64,000 nucleotides of DNA from the human T2T-CHM13v2.0 reference genome, Homo sapiens: assembly GCF_009914755.1 (NCBI RefSeq), contig NC_060947.1; one strand, written 5' to 3'. The notes under the pieces were generated by a model. That model was given only the letters and a program-made list of their open reading frames with translations. It was not told where the DNA came from and ran no database searches. The first letter of the stretch is position 1. The number at the start of each line of letters is the position of its first letter. Of the stretch, positions 19,790 through 38,878 are shown in pieces. The translations under genes were made by a program, and so were the position numbers.

Positions 19790-20220
19790 ATAACCTCATC
19801 TCAGACCTAAAGACCACCTATCACTGACCCCAGGAAGCTGCATATCTGATTCCACAGCCCCCCATCACTAGTCCCAAAGAAACGCATCACTCACCCAGCA
19901 GGAACCTTGGTCAATCACCCAATAAACCCCATCCCACACCTCACAGACCTCCAGTAGTCACCCCGCACAGCCCTTTCTTACCCCCACGGACTTCTCATCA
20001 CTCATCTCACATATACCTTATCACTCACCCTAGAGACCCTGTATCACTCACCCCACAGACCCCCTTATTATTCACTCCGGTGTCCCCAACACTCATCCCA
20101 CAGGCTACCCATCAACTTTCTCTAGTGACCCATCACTCACCCACAAACCCCAATCACTCATTCTGCACCTCCCTATAAATGACCCCAGAGAAGCCTCCTT
20201 ACTCATCCTACTGAGCATCT
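19790..20220. repeat. Degenerate ~20-23-bp tandem repeat (ATCACTCACCC-type)
   Basis: About a dozen variants: TATCACTGACCCC, CATCACTCACCC, TATCACTCACCC, AATCACTCATT, TTACTCATCC. Confidence 0.75.
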
Positions 20221-20231
20221 TCGAGTACAAA

Positions 20232-20308
20232 ATCCATGTCATAACATCCCCATAATTATCTCAATGCTTGATCCATGTCATAACATCTCCATATTTATCT
20301 CAATGCTT
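20232..20308. repeat. 39-bp tandem duplication
   Basis: ATCCATGTCATAACATC(C/T)CCATA(A/T)TTATCTCAATGCTT, twice. Confidence 0.9.
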
Positions 20309-20599
20309 AAGTGGCCCTAAGTCCGTCTGTTAAACTCACTCCCAGAGCCTTAAGTCCTGAAAACTGTTTCGAGGAACCCCGGCGCTTCTGGACTTGATCT
20401 GCACATGCTTAGTGTCAGCTCCGAAGCGGCCGCTCGCCCACAATTACACCTGGTGGGTGCCCTTACACCGCGCCGGTGCGTGCGTGCGCGCGCGTGCGCG
20501 TGCGCGTGTGCGTCGAAGGAGAGGCGGGCTTTCCAATTTCCTTCAGTGACTCTCAGGCAAGGAACATGGCTGTCTCCTTGGGAGTGTCTCTACGGGAGC

Positions 20600-23160
<2,561 letters not shown>

Positions 23161-24017
23161 TTAATTAGAAAGACAGACTATTGCAAAAGGGAGAATGCTC
23201 CCATCTCAGAAACCTGAGAGCATCTTGAAACCAAACAGAAAAAGGCTTTTCTTGTAGAGGGTAAGGAGGCAGGCAGAGATAAGCAGAATCTGTGGAAAGG
23301 AAGCTGCACAAACAAGGGGGAATGGCCAGTGGGGTCTGCCAGGAAATTGTCCCACAGTGGTGCGCCCATTCCCAGGAGAAGCTGAGAAGCAGGGTCCATT
23401 GGGAGGGGAGGAATTTCGACTTTTTTTGATGCTTGCCCAGGCTCGGGGGCAAGCAGAGTTAGGAGCTTGTAGGAAAGAAGCCTGGTTCAAGTTTGGCTAA
23501 AGAGCATTTTGTTCCAATTGATCAGTGGAGACAAGCAGTTAGGCTTGTCATCTATGAGGCAAAGAATGGGAATTTGGAGAGTGGGTGTCTGGCCTTCTCA
23601 TAGGTAAACAGGGGACATCCGTGACTTCTAAGTCATATGGGGAAGGATGGTTCTTTGCAGTAAGCCATTTTCCAGAAAAGCCATTTTCCCTTTGGAGTAA
23701 GGGGATTTCTTGACCTGCACTGCTCACCAGGATGAGGTAAAATTCAGTATTGCCAGTTGGCACCATTTATGAAACACACCACCTTGTAACCACTGAATTA
23801 AATATTGCTTCTGTCATATAAGTTCACAAATATGCTTAGCTTGACCTGAACTCTATTTTGTGTCTGTAGTCTATTTGATTTCAAGGGATTTTTGTTCTTG
23901 CAAATTTATTTTCTAGGAATTCTCTGAAGTTTAAAATCATTTAATCAAGTTTCAAAATGAATGCTACCAACCCGTCCCCCACCCCCCGCAAAAAAAAACA
24001 AAAACACAGCAAAACTA

Positions 24018-24336
<319 letters not shown>

Positions 24337-24421
24337 CTATTGCTGGGTGAGGTGGCTCACACCTGTAATCCCAGCACTTTGGGAGGCCCAGGCAGGCAGA
24401 TCACTTGAGGTCAGGAGTTTA

Positions 24422-24706
<285 letters not shown>

Positions 24707-25379
24707 TTAAGCCTTTCTTTGTATCTAGGGATTTTATGTGTCTGTTTGATTACGTCTTATATGCTGCAATGATATTTATAATTTTTCTTCTTATAAATCC
24801 ATCATCTTTTTATCTTTTTTGGTTAAATTTATTTTTTGCATATTTATATTTTTGTTGTCATTAAGACTTATTTTTGCTAGTCCCATCTGGTTACTGCTAG
24901 TATAGGAATAACCTATTTTTGTACTTTTCTCTTTTATTTTTATTTTTTGAGATAGGATCTTGCCTTGAAGTTCACTGGCATGATCACAGCTCACTGTAGC
25001 CTTAACCTTCCAGGCTCAAATGATCCTCCTTCCTCAGCCTCCCAAGTAGCTGGGACTACAGGTGTGCACTACCAGACCCAGCTAATTTTTAAATTTTTCC
25101 GTAGAGATAGGTTCTCCCTATGTTGCCCAGGCTGGTGTCAAACTCCTGGACTCAAGTGATCCTCCCACCTCAGCCTCCCTAATGGCTGGGACTACAGGTG
25201 ATAATTTTATCTTGTATCCAACTCCTTATCAAAACTATCTACCTATTCTGGTAGCTTCTTATTACAGTTTTTTCCTAGGTTTTCTAATTGTACAGTTGTA
25301 TCAGATATAGATAATATTTCCTATCTGACATTTGATATATTTCTTCTTTTTTCACTGTATTAGCTGTCTAATAAGGTAG

Positions 25380-25595
<216 letters not shown>

Positions 25596-25598
25596 TGA

Positions 25599-25915
<317 letters not shown>

Positions 25916-26064
25916 AAATCCTTCAAAATAATGTTGAGTAATAGATGTGATAGAAAACATCCCTATCTTGTTGCCAGTGTTCATGGAAATGATTTAAACA
26001 TTTTACCGTTTAGTATAAAGTTTTCTGGCAAATTTTGGAAAATAGTGTTGTCCATTTTAAGTAG

Positions 26065-26230
<166 letters not shown>

Positions 26231-26335
26231 TAATTTTTATTTTTATAGAGATGAGGTCTCAGTCTGGTCTCAAACTCCCAGCTTCAAGTGATCCTCCCAT
26301 CTTGGCCTCTCAAAGTCCTGGGATTACAGGCGTGA

Positions 26336-27019
<684 letters not shown>

Positions 27020-27321
27020 TTATAACCCAATGTTACAGTCCCTCTCTTATAGGAGAACCCAATCCATTCAGTTTATCAGTGATATGCCTGTTTTTGTGTG
27101 TTCCATCGGACTTTGTTTCCTTTTTTCGATTTTGTTATTGTTTCCACCTTTTCAATTTTCTTACATTTGTTGGCTCTCTCAAGCTTCTGTTTATTCCCCT
27201 TCTCCCTCCCTTAGTAATTTGGAAGTTCTACTCTGCTTATCAATTCTTCTGATGATTATCTTTCCATTCCTTATAAGCATAATTCACATTTTCTCTATTG
27301 GTAGATTAAGCACACACATGG

Positions 27322-27324
<3 letters not shown>

Positions 27325-27366
<42 letters not shown>
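27325..27366. repeat. (CA)n microsatellite
   Basis: Seen directly. Confidence 0.95.
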
Positions 27367-27370
<4 letters not shown>

Positions 27371-27649
27371 TGTTACTGGCCTTTACTCCTAATTTCTCAG
27401 GAGAATGAACCATTTAGAATGTTTTTACCTCTTCATTCTGCCCTCACCCAAAATTTCTGTTCTTAGAAAAGAACAGATCTTTTTTTTTCTGAGATTTTTT
27501 TTTTTTTTAATTAGAAGAGACGCTGGAAGCATGATGACAGCAGCGTAGTTTTCACTCTCTTGTTATGCCAGCATACAGACAGAGCAACCAGATGACAAAA
27601 TCAAAACCCATGGGTAATATTTACGGTGAGGCCAGTAGACACAGTGTCC

Positions 27650-28550
27650 CCAGTGTGGCAGATTTTCTGCAGATAGGGCTGCCAGCTGTATTTCCAACCC
27701 TGTATGTGTTTGCCACCCTCCCATCAAGACATGGTGCCTATTTTTTCATCCTTTGTGTCTGGGCTGGCCTTGTGTTCCATTTGACCAATAAGGTATGGTA
27801 GAAATGGCATTCTGGGACTTCTGAGCCCAACCTTAAAAGACATTGAACTTTTGCTTTAGTGAGAGGGGAATCAAGATACCCTGTAAAGAGGTCTGTGCTG
27901 TCCTTCTGAAGACAGAGGTCCTGGAAGATGAGACACTTTTTAAAAATAGGTCATGCAGCGCTGTGGCAGCCACCCAGCTAGCTCAGTTGGTAGAGCATGA
28001 GACTCTTAAATATAGGCCATGTACATAACTGAGGCCCCAGCTGGCAGCTAGCACTGAGGTCTCAGTCGTATCATGAAATTATCTTGCATCCTCCAGTACC
28101 ATTCCAGCTTCTCCAGGCATCATATAGAGAAGAAACAAGTCTGGGCGTGGTGGTTCACACCTGTAATCCCAGCACTTTGGTAGGCCGAAGCAGGCAGATC
28201 ATCTGAAGCAGTGAAGCAAGGAGTTTGAGACCAGCCTGGGTAGCAAAGCAAGACCTCATCTCTACTAAAATATATTAGTCAGGCACAGTGGCACATGCTG
28301 GTAGTCCCAGCTACTCAGGAGGCTGAGGTGGGAGGATTGCTGTGCCCAGGATTTTGAGGCTGCAGTGAGCTATGATCGCACTACTGTACTCCAATGGTCA
28401 ACAGAACAAGATCCCACCTCTTAAAAAAAAGAAGAAGAAGAAGAAACGAGCCATCCCCACTGAGCCATGCCCAGATTCGTGAGCAATAAAATAGTTATTA
28501 ATCCACTAAGTTTTGGTGTGGTTTACTTACACAGCAATAGATAGCTGAAA
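27650..28550 (+). mobile_element. MLT1 (ERVL-MaLR) LTR hosting the tRNA fragment and an Alu
   Basis: Typical MLT1 3' end AAGTTTTGGTGTGGTTT...CACAGCAATAGATAGCTGA. Confidence 0.55.
27958..28009 (+). pseudogene. Tailless retrocopy of the 5' half of tRNA-Lys(CTT)
   Basis: ACCCAGCTAGCTCAGTTGGTAGAGCATGAGACTCTTAA (27972-28009) matches nucleotides 1-38 of tRNA-Lys-CTT and ends just after the anticodon. Degenerate 16-bp TSD at 27942-27957 and 28008-28023. Confidence 0.85.
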
Positions 28551-28953
28551 TATCCATGAATATCAAAATACACATGAGTAAGCCCAAGTCACCAACAGCC
28601 ACAACAACTTCATGGTACAATTATCTGTATAGGAAAAAGCAGGGGGAAGTAAGCAGTATTTGCCAGACCTGAGAACACAATACCAAAACAGCCAATGGGC
28701 ATGGCAGACCAACTTGAATTCAGCAGCTGAAACTGGGAGGAATTTTGCAAAATTCAGCAACGAGTGAGAGGGGTCTGCAGGAAGGTTGGAAGGGGTTGGA
28801 GCAGACTATAATAATTCCTAGGAACTCTTTTTTCTTTCTTTCTTTTCTTTTCTTTTCTTGGATCATGGCCGGAGTGCAGTGCCATGATCTTGGCTCACCT
28901 AAGCCTCAACCTCCCAGGCTCAAGCAATCCTCTCCCCGCAGCCTCCCGAATAG

Positions 28954-29136
<183 letters not shown>

Positions 29137-29571
29137 TAAGACGGACTGTGCTTGGGGGGTTCCCAGGACCAACCTCAGGTTCACTGATTGACTATGAAGG
29201 ACTCAGAATTCAGCAATGGAAAAGGGCACATAGGGCAGAGTCCAGGGGAAACAAGGATCAAGCTTTGGGTTCGCCCTTCTTGGTGTAGTCATACGGCCAG
29301 TGCTTAATTCTCCTAGCAAGATGTGGGGTAACATACATGAAATATTACCAACCATGGGCTCTCACTTTAGCCTCGGTGTCTGTGGTTTTTATTTGGAGTC
29401 AGTTTCAGGCATGGCCAACTACCTGTGTGGTTGACCTTACTCAGTCCTTCCAAGGTTCACGCTGATACTGCACAGCCCAAGACTCACCAAGAATCACAGC
29501 TATCTGGCATGGCTCATGCACTCAAGTAAACAAAGATTTCTTAACAGGCAGTATATTCCAAGGGTTTAGAG

Positions 29572-29916
29572 CAGTGGTCCCCAACCTTTTTGGCACCAGG
29601 GACCAGTTATGTGGAAGACAATCTTTCCATGGACATGGAGCGGGGTGGAGGGGGATGGTTTTGGGATGAAACTGTTCCATCTCAGATCACCAGGCGTTAG
29701 ATTCTCATAAGGAGTGTGCAACCTAGATCCCTTGCATGCGCAGTTCACAATAGAGTTTGTGCTCCTATGAGAATCTAATGCTGCCACTGATCTGACAGGA
29801 GGTGGAGCTCAAGCAGTATCGCTCCCTTGCCTGCTTCTCACCTCCTGCTGTGCGGCCCAGTTCCTAACAGGCCTTGGACTCATACTGGTCTGTGGACTGG
29901 CAGTTGGGGACCCCTG
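29572..29916. mobile_element. MER1B-type hAT-Charlie transposon nested in an older LTR (about 29150-30010)
   Basis: TIRs CAGTGGTCCCCAAC ... GTTGGGGACCCCTG; related 8-bp flanks GTTTAGAG and ACTTACAG. Confidence 0.8.
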
Positions 29917-30468
29917 ACTTACAGGTTATATCCCAGGAGCTGGGGCAAGGGCCAAACCTTTCCTTGGAATGCACAAGGTTTAAACAACCCAGACCTCCTA
30001 AGTTAATTCTTTACTGTATGATGACATACCAGGGCTGTCTTCTAGGACAGCAGACCACACTAAGAAACTACTGGGAGTGAAACAAAAATTAAGCAAGATA
30101 GGGCAATAGTAAATGTAATTTTTTTTGTTTTGTTTTTTTTCTGAGATGGTCTTGCTCTGTTGCCCAGGCTGGAGTGCAGTGGTGCGATCATAGCTCACTG
30201 CAGCCTCATCCTCCCCAGGCTCAAGTGATACTCCCACCTCAGCTTCCTGAGTAGCTGAGACAACGGGTGCATGCCATCACAGCTGGCTAATTTTTTGTAT
30301 TTTTTTTGTAGAGATGGGGTTTCACTGTGTTGCCCAGGCTGGTCTCAAACTCCTGGGCTCAAGCAGTCCACCCACCTCGGCCTTTGAAATTGCTGGGATT
30401 ATAGGCATTCGCCACTGCACCCAGCCTCTCATGTTTGTTTTGTTTTGTTTTTATTATTATTTAATTGA

Positions 30469-31574
<1,106 letters not shown>

Positions 31575-31575
<1 letters not shown>

Positions 31576-32543
31576 GTATTAGACTGTTCTTGTACTGCTA
31601 TAAAGAAATACCTGAGACTGGGTGATTTATAAAGAAAAGAGGTTTAATTGGCTCACAGTTCCACAGGCTGTACAGGAAGCATAGCGGCTTCTGCTTCTGG
31701 GGAGGCCTCAGGAAACTTACAACCACGGCAGAAGTCAAAGGGGAAGCAGGCATGTCTTACATGGCCAGCGCATGAGGGAGAGAGGGTGGAGGTTCCATAC
31801 ACTTTTAAACAACCAGATCTTTTGAGAACTTAGCACCAAGGGGATGGTGCTAAGCCATTCATAAGAAACTGTCTCCATGATCCAGTCACCTTCCACCAGG
31901 GCCCTCTTCCAATACTGAGGATTACAATTCAACATGATATTTGGGCAGGGACACAGATCCAAACCATATCAGGTGATGAAGACCAAATATATATATATCT
32001 TATTATAAATCATAATATCACAGGAGCACAACATGATGTTATGAAATATGTATACATTGTAGAATGGCCAAATCAAGCTGATTAACATATACATAACCTC
32101 AAATATTTATCTGTGGTGAGAGCCCTTAAAATCTATTTTCAGCAGTTTTCATGTATACAATACATTGTATATTAGCCTGTTTTCATACTGCTATAAAGAA
32201 CTGCCTGAGACTGGGTAATTTATAAAGGAAAGAGGTTTAATTGACTCACAGTTCCGCATGGCTGGGGAGGCCTCAGGAAACTTACAATCATGGCAGAAGG
32301 TGAAGGGGAAGCAAGGCACCTTCCTCACAAGGCGGTAGGGAGAAGTGCTGAGCGAAGGGGGAAGAACCCATAATAAAACCATCAGCTCTTGTGAGAACTC
32401 ACTCACTATCATGAGAACAGCATGGAGGAAACTGCCCCCATGATTCAATTACTTCCACTTGGTGTCTCCCTTGACACATAGGGATTATGGGAATTACAAT
32501 TCAAGATGAGATTTAGGTGGGGGCACAAAGCTTAACCATATCA
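31575..32543 (-). mobile_element. Two MST/THE1-type MaLR solo LTRs (about 31575-31971 and 32167-32543)
   Basis: TGTATTAG...CTGCTATAAAGAA.TACCTGAGACTGGGT.ATTTATAAAG.AAAGAGGTTTAATTG.CTCACAGTTCC...AACCATATCA occurs twice. Confidence 0.85.
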
Positions 32544-32599
32544 ATTGTTATTAACTATAGTCACCATGTTGTACAATAGATCTCTTGAACTTGCATATA

Positions 32600-35228
32600 C
32601 ATTTCCTTTGGCTACTGTAACAAAATACCTTAAACTTGGTGGCTTGAAACAACAGAAGTTTATTTTCTCATGGTTATAAAGGCCAGAAGTCTGAAATCAA
32701 TATCACTGGGCCAAAATCAAGTATCAGCAGGGCTCTGCTCCCACCAGAGGCTGCCAGGATTCCTTGGCTTATGGCCACATCACTCCAGCCTCCGCTTCTG
32801 TAGTCACATTGTCTTCTCTTTTGTGCCATCTCCTTCTACCTCTCTCTAATAGGAACATTTATGATGGCATTTAGGGCTCATCTAGATAATTCAGGTGATC
32901 TCCTCATGGCAAGTTCCTTAACTTAATCACATCTGCAAAGTCCTTTTTTTGGCCAAATAATATAGCCAAATATGCCAAATTATGGCCAAATACTATATCT
33001 TTTAGGGAGTCATTATTCAACCTACACAATCCACTCTGTGGTTCCCAAACATTGATGTTCATCCCACCTACAAAGTACATTCACCCTATCCCAGCACCCT
33101 CAAAAGTGTCAACTCATTACAGCATCGACTCAAGTTCAAAATCTTAGCTAAATATCATCAGCTCAGAAGTCTCAAATCTTATCATGTAAATCAGGTTTCA
33201 GTGAGACTCTATGGCAACCCAGGGGACAATTCCCCTTCATTTGTGGACCTTGTGAAACAAGAAAATGAGTTATCTATTCCCAAAATGTAAGCATGGGACA
33301 GGCATCAGATAACAGTTATAGACATTCTCATTCTAAAAGGGAGAAAAATTGAAGGAATTAAGAAGTCATAGTTACCAAGCCACTTTGAAACCCAGCAGGG
33401 GAGATTCCATTAGGGTTCAAGGCCTTGAAATAATCCTCAGTAGTTCATGAATTGACACTATGGGCCCAAAACTCCATCCCTTTTATTGAAGGGTAGCTCA
33501 GGTTTGAAGCTTAGTAGTTTTATTGCCTGCAGAATTTTTGGAATCTGGAAGCCTTCCTTCATTTCATTCCATCTCTGTCTCTCAGTATAAGCTGGCAATG
33601 TTTCTGCTGGCATAACATTCTTTGAAAACCTTGTGGATCTCCTGTATATGTCACAGGGATTCACACTATCAGGCAGGAGGGCCACAGGCTTTTCCTCGTT
33701 AATCTCATCTCTACTCCTGGCTTCTGCTGTGAAGATTGAGAGGATCCATGAATTACATGCCTAATCTCTTCGGTAGTAGCAAAAAGTTACCCAGCCATAC
33801 CTTTGTTCTCTCCAGAGCATGCTTTCCTAAAAGCAAATGTCCTAATTTTAGTAGCTTTGGCAACCTGGATAGGCTAAGAATTTCCCATATTATCAACTCC
33901 TGATTCTTTCTTTTTCTTTCTTCTTTTGTTTTCCTTTTTTTTTTTTTTTTTTTTTGAGACGGAGTCTCACTCTGTCACCCAGGCTGGAGTGCAGTGGTGC
34001 AATCTTGGCTCACTGCAATCTCTGCCTCCGGGGTTCACGCAATTCTCAGCCTCCAGAGCAACTGGAATTACAGGTGCGTGCCACCACACCCGGCTGATTT
34101 TTATATCTTTATTAGAGATGGGGTTTTGCCATGATGGCCAGGCTGGTCTTGAACTCCTGACCTCAAGTGATTCTCCTTCCTTGGCCACCCAAAGTGTCAG
34201 GATTACAGGCGGGAGCCACCGCGCCTGGCCCTGATTCATTTTTGCTTAGCAGTTCTTCTCTCAGTTTATCACTTTCCTCTCATCACATTTTACCATAAGC
34301 AGCAAGAAAAAACCAGGCTGCACTTCAACACTTTGCTTGGAAATCCCCTTAGCTAAATAAGCAAGTTCACTGCTTATAAGTCTGCTTTCAGCATAACTGT
34401 AGGACACAATTAACTTAATTGCTAAGTTTTCTGTCACTTTATAATGAAGATCACCTTTCCTATAGTTTCCAATAAGATTTTCCTTCTTAGCCCTCACCAG
34501 CAGCACTTTTAATGGTCATATTTATACTAACATGCTTATGATGATACATGTCTTCTCTAAGATGATATAGACTTTCTCTACCATCTTCTTTACTTCTTCT
34601 GAGTCCTCACCAGCAGTGCTTTCAACATCCATATTTCTACCAACAGGGTGTTTTGGGTAATCTAGGAGTTTTCTATAATGTTTCTCAACATTCTTCCAGC
34701 CTCTACCTATTATCTAATTACTCTATTCCAAAGCCACTTCCACATTTTTGGGTATTTTTTACAGCAACACCCCACTTTCGCTACCAAACGTTTCCTATTG
34801 CTAGTGTAACAAATTACCACAAACTTGGTGACTTAAAACAACAGAAATTTATTTGTTCACAATTCTAGAGGCCAGAAATCTAAAATCAGTATGGCTGGGC
34901 CAAGATCAAGGTGTTGGCAAGGCCGTACTCTCTTCATTCCTTGGCTCTTCCAGCTGCTGGTGGCCGCTGGCATTCCTTGGCTTGTGACCACAGCACTCGA
35001 ATCTATGCCTCTGTATTCATATTTTCTTCTCCTATTTGTGTCATCTTCCTCTGCCTCCCTCTTATAACGACACCTGTGATTGCATTTAGGGCCTATGTTA
35101 ATAATCTAGAATAATCTCTCCATCTCAAAATCTTCAACTTAATCACACCCCAAAAGTCCTTTTATCATATGGTAACATACACAGGTTCCAGAGATTTCTC
35201 TTGGGGAGTCATTATTCGGCCTACCTCA
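32600..35228 (-). mobile_element. MLT1 MaLR element with two LTRs and internal region
   Basis: Similar LTRs at about 32600-33025 and 34790-35228 (GTAACAAA.TACC..AAACTTGGTG.CTT.AAACAACAGAA.TTTATT) flank ~1.7 kb of internal sequence that includes an Alu. Confidence 0.7.
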
Positions 35229-35249
35229 ATAAGGGAAGAGACTGTCTAA

Positions 35250-35965
35250 ATAAAAGTGGGGAAACAGAGCCAAGAATCTCAGAAACAAGCTTCCATAATT
35301 TTTAGCACTATGCAAAAACAACAGAAGAGGGAGCTCTGACATTTGAAAAGCTACCCTGAACCCCCACCTCCTTCTGAAAGTTCAGGAAAACTAATTTGAT
35401 ATAAAGAAGAATATACAGAGGACAAATCCCATACAATATTGCTGTAAGAATAAAAAAATAAGGGGTAGAATACCATTCTTGGACACAATGAAAGAATGCC
35501 GAAAACACATGCTCACAGAATGGATCAAAATTATAGCCAACTATTTTGAACAAGCTAAACAACATTAAGAAAATGATGCAAGACAATGAAAGAATAACAT
35601 AAATAAGAACTAGAAAAACTCAATTTATGATAGATCTCAGAAAATATTTGGAAATAAAAGAAAAAATCTTTCAGAATAGAAAATTAAACTGCAAGGAACA
35701 CAGAGCAAATAAACATAACACATGATGGCTTAAAAGAAATAGAAGGTGGAAAGGATGAACATATTTTTTAAAAAGCAAAAGAATAGTATTTGAGGACAAA
35801 TGGCAAATATCAAAGTTATAAAAAGAAGATCCAATTCATATACCCTAGGAGTCCTTGAAGAAAACAAGGGCAAAAGGATGAAAACAAATACTAAAAACTA
35901 TAATTCAAGAAAACTTCCTGGAATTAAAAAAGAATTGAAACTACATATTGAAAGAGCACATCAGA
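35250..35965 (+). mobile_element. Old L1 ORF1-region fragment
   Basis: A-rich, with degenerate ORF1-like motifs (AGAAGATCCAA...GGAGTCC..GAAG, AAGAAAACTTCCTGGAA, ACATATTGAAAGAGCACA). Confidence 0.55.
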
Positions 35966-36751
35966 CTTCCTTTTCCTTCTGGCCAAGATAGAGTTACAGG
36001 AACCAGATTTACTCTTCCACTTGAAACAACTACAAAAATGATAAAATATATGAAACAATGGGGCCGGCCGTGGTGGCGCATGCCTGTAATCCCAGCACTT
36101 CGGGAGGCCAAGGCGGGCAGATCACTTGAGGCCAAAAGTTTGAGACCATCCTGGCACATAGCAAAACACCATCTCTGCTAAAAATACAAAAAATAGCCGG
36201 GCAAGGTGGTACACACCTGTAGTCCCAGCTACTCGGGAGGCTGAGGCATAAGAACTCCTTGAACCCAGGAAGCGGAGGTTGCAGTGAGCCGAGGTTGCAG
36301 TGAGCCGAGATTGCACCACTGCATTCCAGCCTGGGTGACAGAGTGAGAGCCTGTCTCGAAAAAAGGAATTAAAAAAAAAAAAAGAAAAGAATGCAGGTCT
36401 GAAAAATATCTCAAGCACCAATCTTAGGTTTTACAATAGTGATGTTATCAAAAGGAGCAATTGTGGAGGTTAGGAATTTTGTGACCTCCGGCCACATGAC
36501 TTCTAAACCAGAATTTATACTCTTGTGGCTAATTTGTTGGTTTTACAAAGGCTGTTTGGTCCCCAGGCAAAAAGGGGGTTTGTTTTGGGAAAGGGCTGTT
36601 ACCATCTTTGTTTCAAAGTTGAACTATAAACTAAGGCTGGGCACAGTGGCTCATGTCTGTAATCCCAGCACTTTAGGGGTCGAGGTGGGTGGATCACTTG
36701 AGGTCAGGGGTTTGAGACCAGCCTGGCCAACATGATGAAACCCCGTCTCTA

Positions 36752-36946
<195 letters not shown>

Positions 36947-38456
36947 CTAAATTTTTCCTATAGTTAGCTTGGCCTATGCCCGGGAATGAACAAGGGCAGT
37001 TTGGAGGTTAAGGGCAAGATGGGGTCGGTTAGCTCAGATCTCTTTCACTGTCATATTTTTTTCAGTTATAATTTTTGCAAGGGCATTTCAGTATTGTTAT
37101 TCAGAGACTGGTTAACGTGGGTGCCTAGAAAGGGATTAACAGAGCAGGCCTGAGACTGTTATGCTGAGAAAAGCTTGTTCTCAAGGTTTGCCCTTGGCTG
37201 GTGTCTGGGAACTTGGATTTCTGGAGGGTTCCCACTTTTCCCTAACTGATAAGGGTGTCTCACTGTGTCTACGTTGTGCTGACAATCTGGTTTATGCTGG
37301 CCATCTGCCTCTCTTCTAGGAGTCTGGAATATTAGTGCGTGCTAGGCAGAGGGCACCTAGTGCCTAACTCCCAATAAAAACCTTTGACACTGAGTCTCTA
37401 ATGGGCTTTTCTGGGCAGAAACATGACACGCTTGTTGCTGCATTTTTGATGCTGGGGGAGGGTGCACTATGTGGGAGCCTTCCTGGGAGGGAAGAAGAGG
37501 GAAGATGGATGAGTAAATCATGCCTGGGTCACTATGGAGTTACCTATGGTGTAAAACAGCAGCTGACCTGCTTGCTATCTCTTATGAGAGGTAGAAGTTA
37601 CCCGTGGCATTTGAAAATGATAAATCCAGTCATAGACAGTTGGCTTGCTGGATCTCCTGGCTGCTTTTGGCCATGCTGGCTAAAGATAGGAAGAAGTGCA
37701 GCTCAAAGGATGACTTTGGTTTTTGTTCTCTCCTCCAATTGGGAGGAAAAAGGGCCCAGACATTCCCCCCAGTGAGCTTCCTATGCACTAAAGACAGGCC
37801 AGGTGCAGTGGCTCACGCCTGTAATCCCAGCACTTTGGGAGGCCAAGGTGGGCAGATTGCTTGAGGTCACAAGTTTGAGAACAGCCTGGCCACCATGGTG
37901 AAATCCTGTCTCTACTAAAAATACAAAAATTAGCCGGGTGTGGTGGCATGCACCTGCAGTCTCAGCTACTCAGGAGGCTGAGGCAGGATAATGGCTTGAA
38001 CCGAGGAGGTGGAGGTTGCAGTGAGCTGAGATCATGCCACTGCACTCCAGCCTGGGCGACAGAGCGAGATTCTGTCTCAACAAAACAAAACAAAACAAAA
38101 CAAAACAAAACAAAACCAACGAAAAGACAATAACAGTTAATTGGAGTTGCTCTCTCTTCTAGGTGGGAGGGGGAAGGGTCAGAAAATTTCTGAAGGCAGG
38201 TTTTGGGTGAATCAAGAACGTTCAAAGTTTGCATTGCTCGCTCCTCCAAGTGGAAGAAAAATAGTTAAATCAGTTCCCAGGGCTGGAGCAAGGCTTTAGA
38301 TAAACCAGAGGTGGAGAAAGAGTAAAAAACATTCCCCCCAAACAAGAAAACCACTCTAGCCTTTTCTACAGCTTAGTAGCTGCCTCTGCAACTCAAAGCC
38401 CTCCTTACACTGCAACCTTCATCTCCAGCAGCTGTAATGTTAACCTTGTAAATGCG

Positions 38457-38878
38457 GTGTGGAAACTAAAGCAACTCCATCTTGGATGCTAATCCACGAT
38501 GTTGACTTCAGATTAACTCCAGTGCCAGGAAGGCCTCTCAGATTTCCAGTCTAGCTATCTTTCCTTGTGTAAGAGCACATACTTACCACAAATCCTGCCC
38601 TTAGGTCTAAATAACCTCAATGTGATCGTTCTTCAATTCTACACGTCACTTCTGAATCACCCCTTCCCTATGGTATATAAGCCCTGAGTCTGGGGTTGAT
38701 GGCACAGGGATCCACTTTCTCCTCTTACCGCTACCTGAGACGCAGACATGGCTTCTGTTTGCAAGTCCCTATTAAATGTTTCCTTCTAAGAAATTGGATA
38801 TGTCAGCCTCTTTCTTTGGCCTCTCAGCTTCCTGGGACTTTGGGGGTAGTTTTGTATAGACCTGCTCACTGTGGAACA
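38457..38878 (+). mobile_element. ERV1-class solo LTR
   Basis: TG...CA ends, AAAGCAACTCCATCTTGGATGCTAAT start, TATA-like GGTATATAAG at about 38672 and ATTAAA at 38771. Confidence 0.65.

Noticed and set aside
19790-20310. CRISPR-like repeat-spacer array
   Set aside because: Units are degenerate and contiguous without unique spacers, there are no cas genes, and the context is mammalian.
27972-28009. Functional tRNA-Lys gene
   Set aside because: Only the 5' half is present; there is no T arm, B box or 3' acceptor strand.
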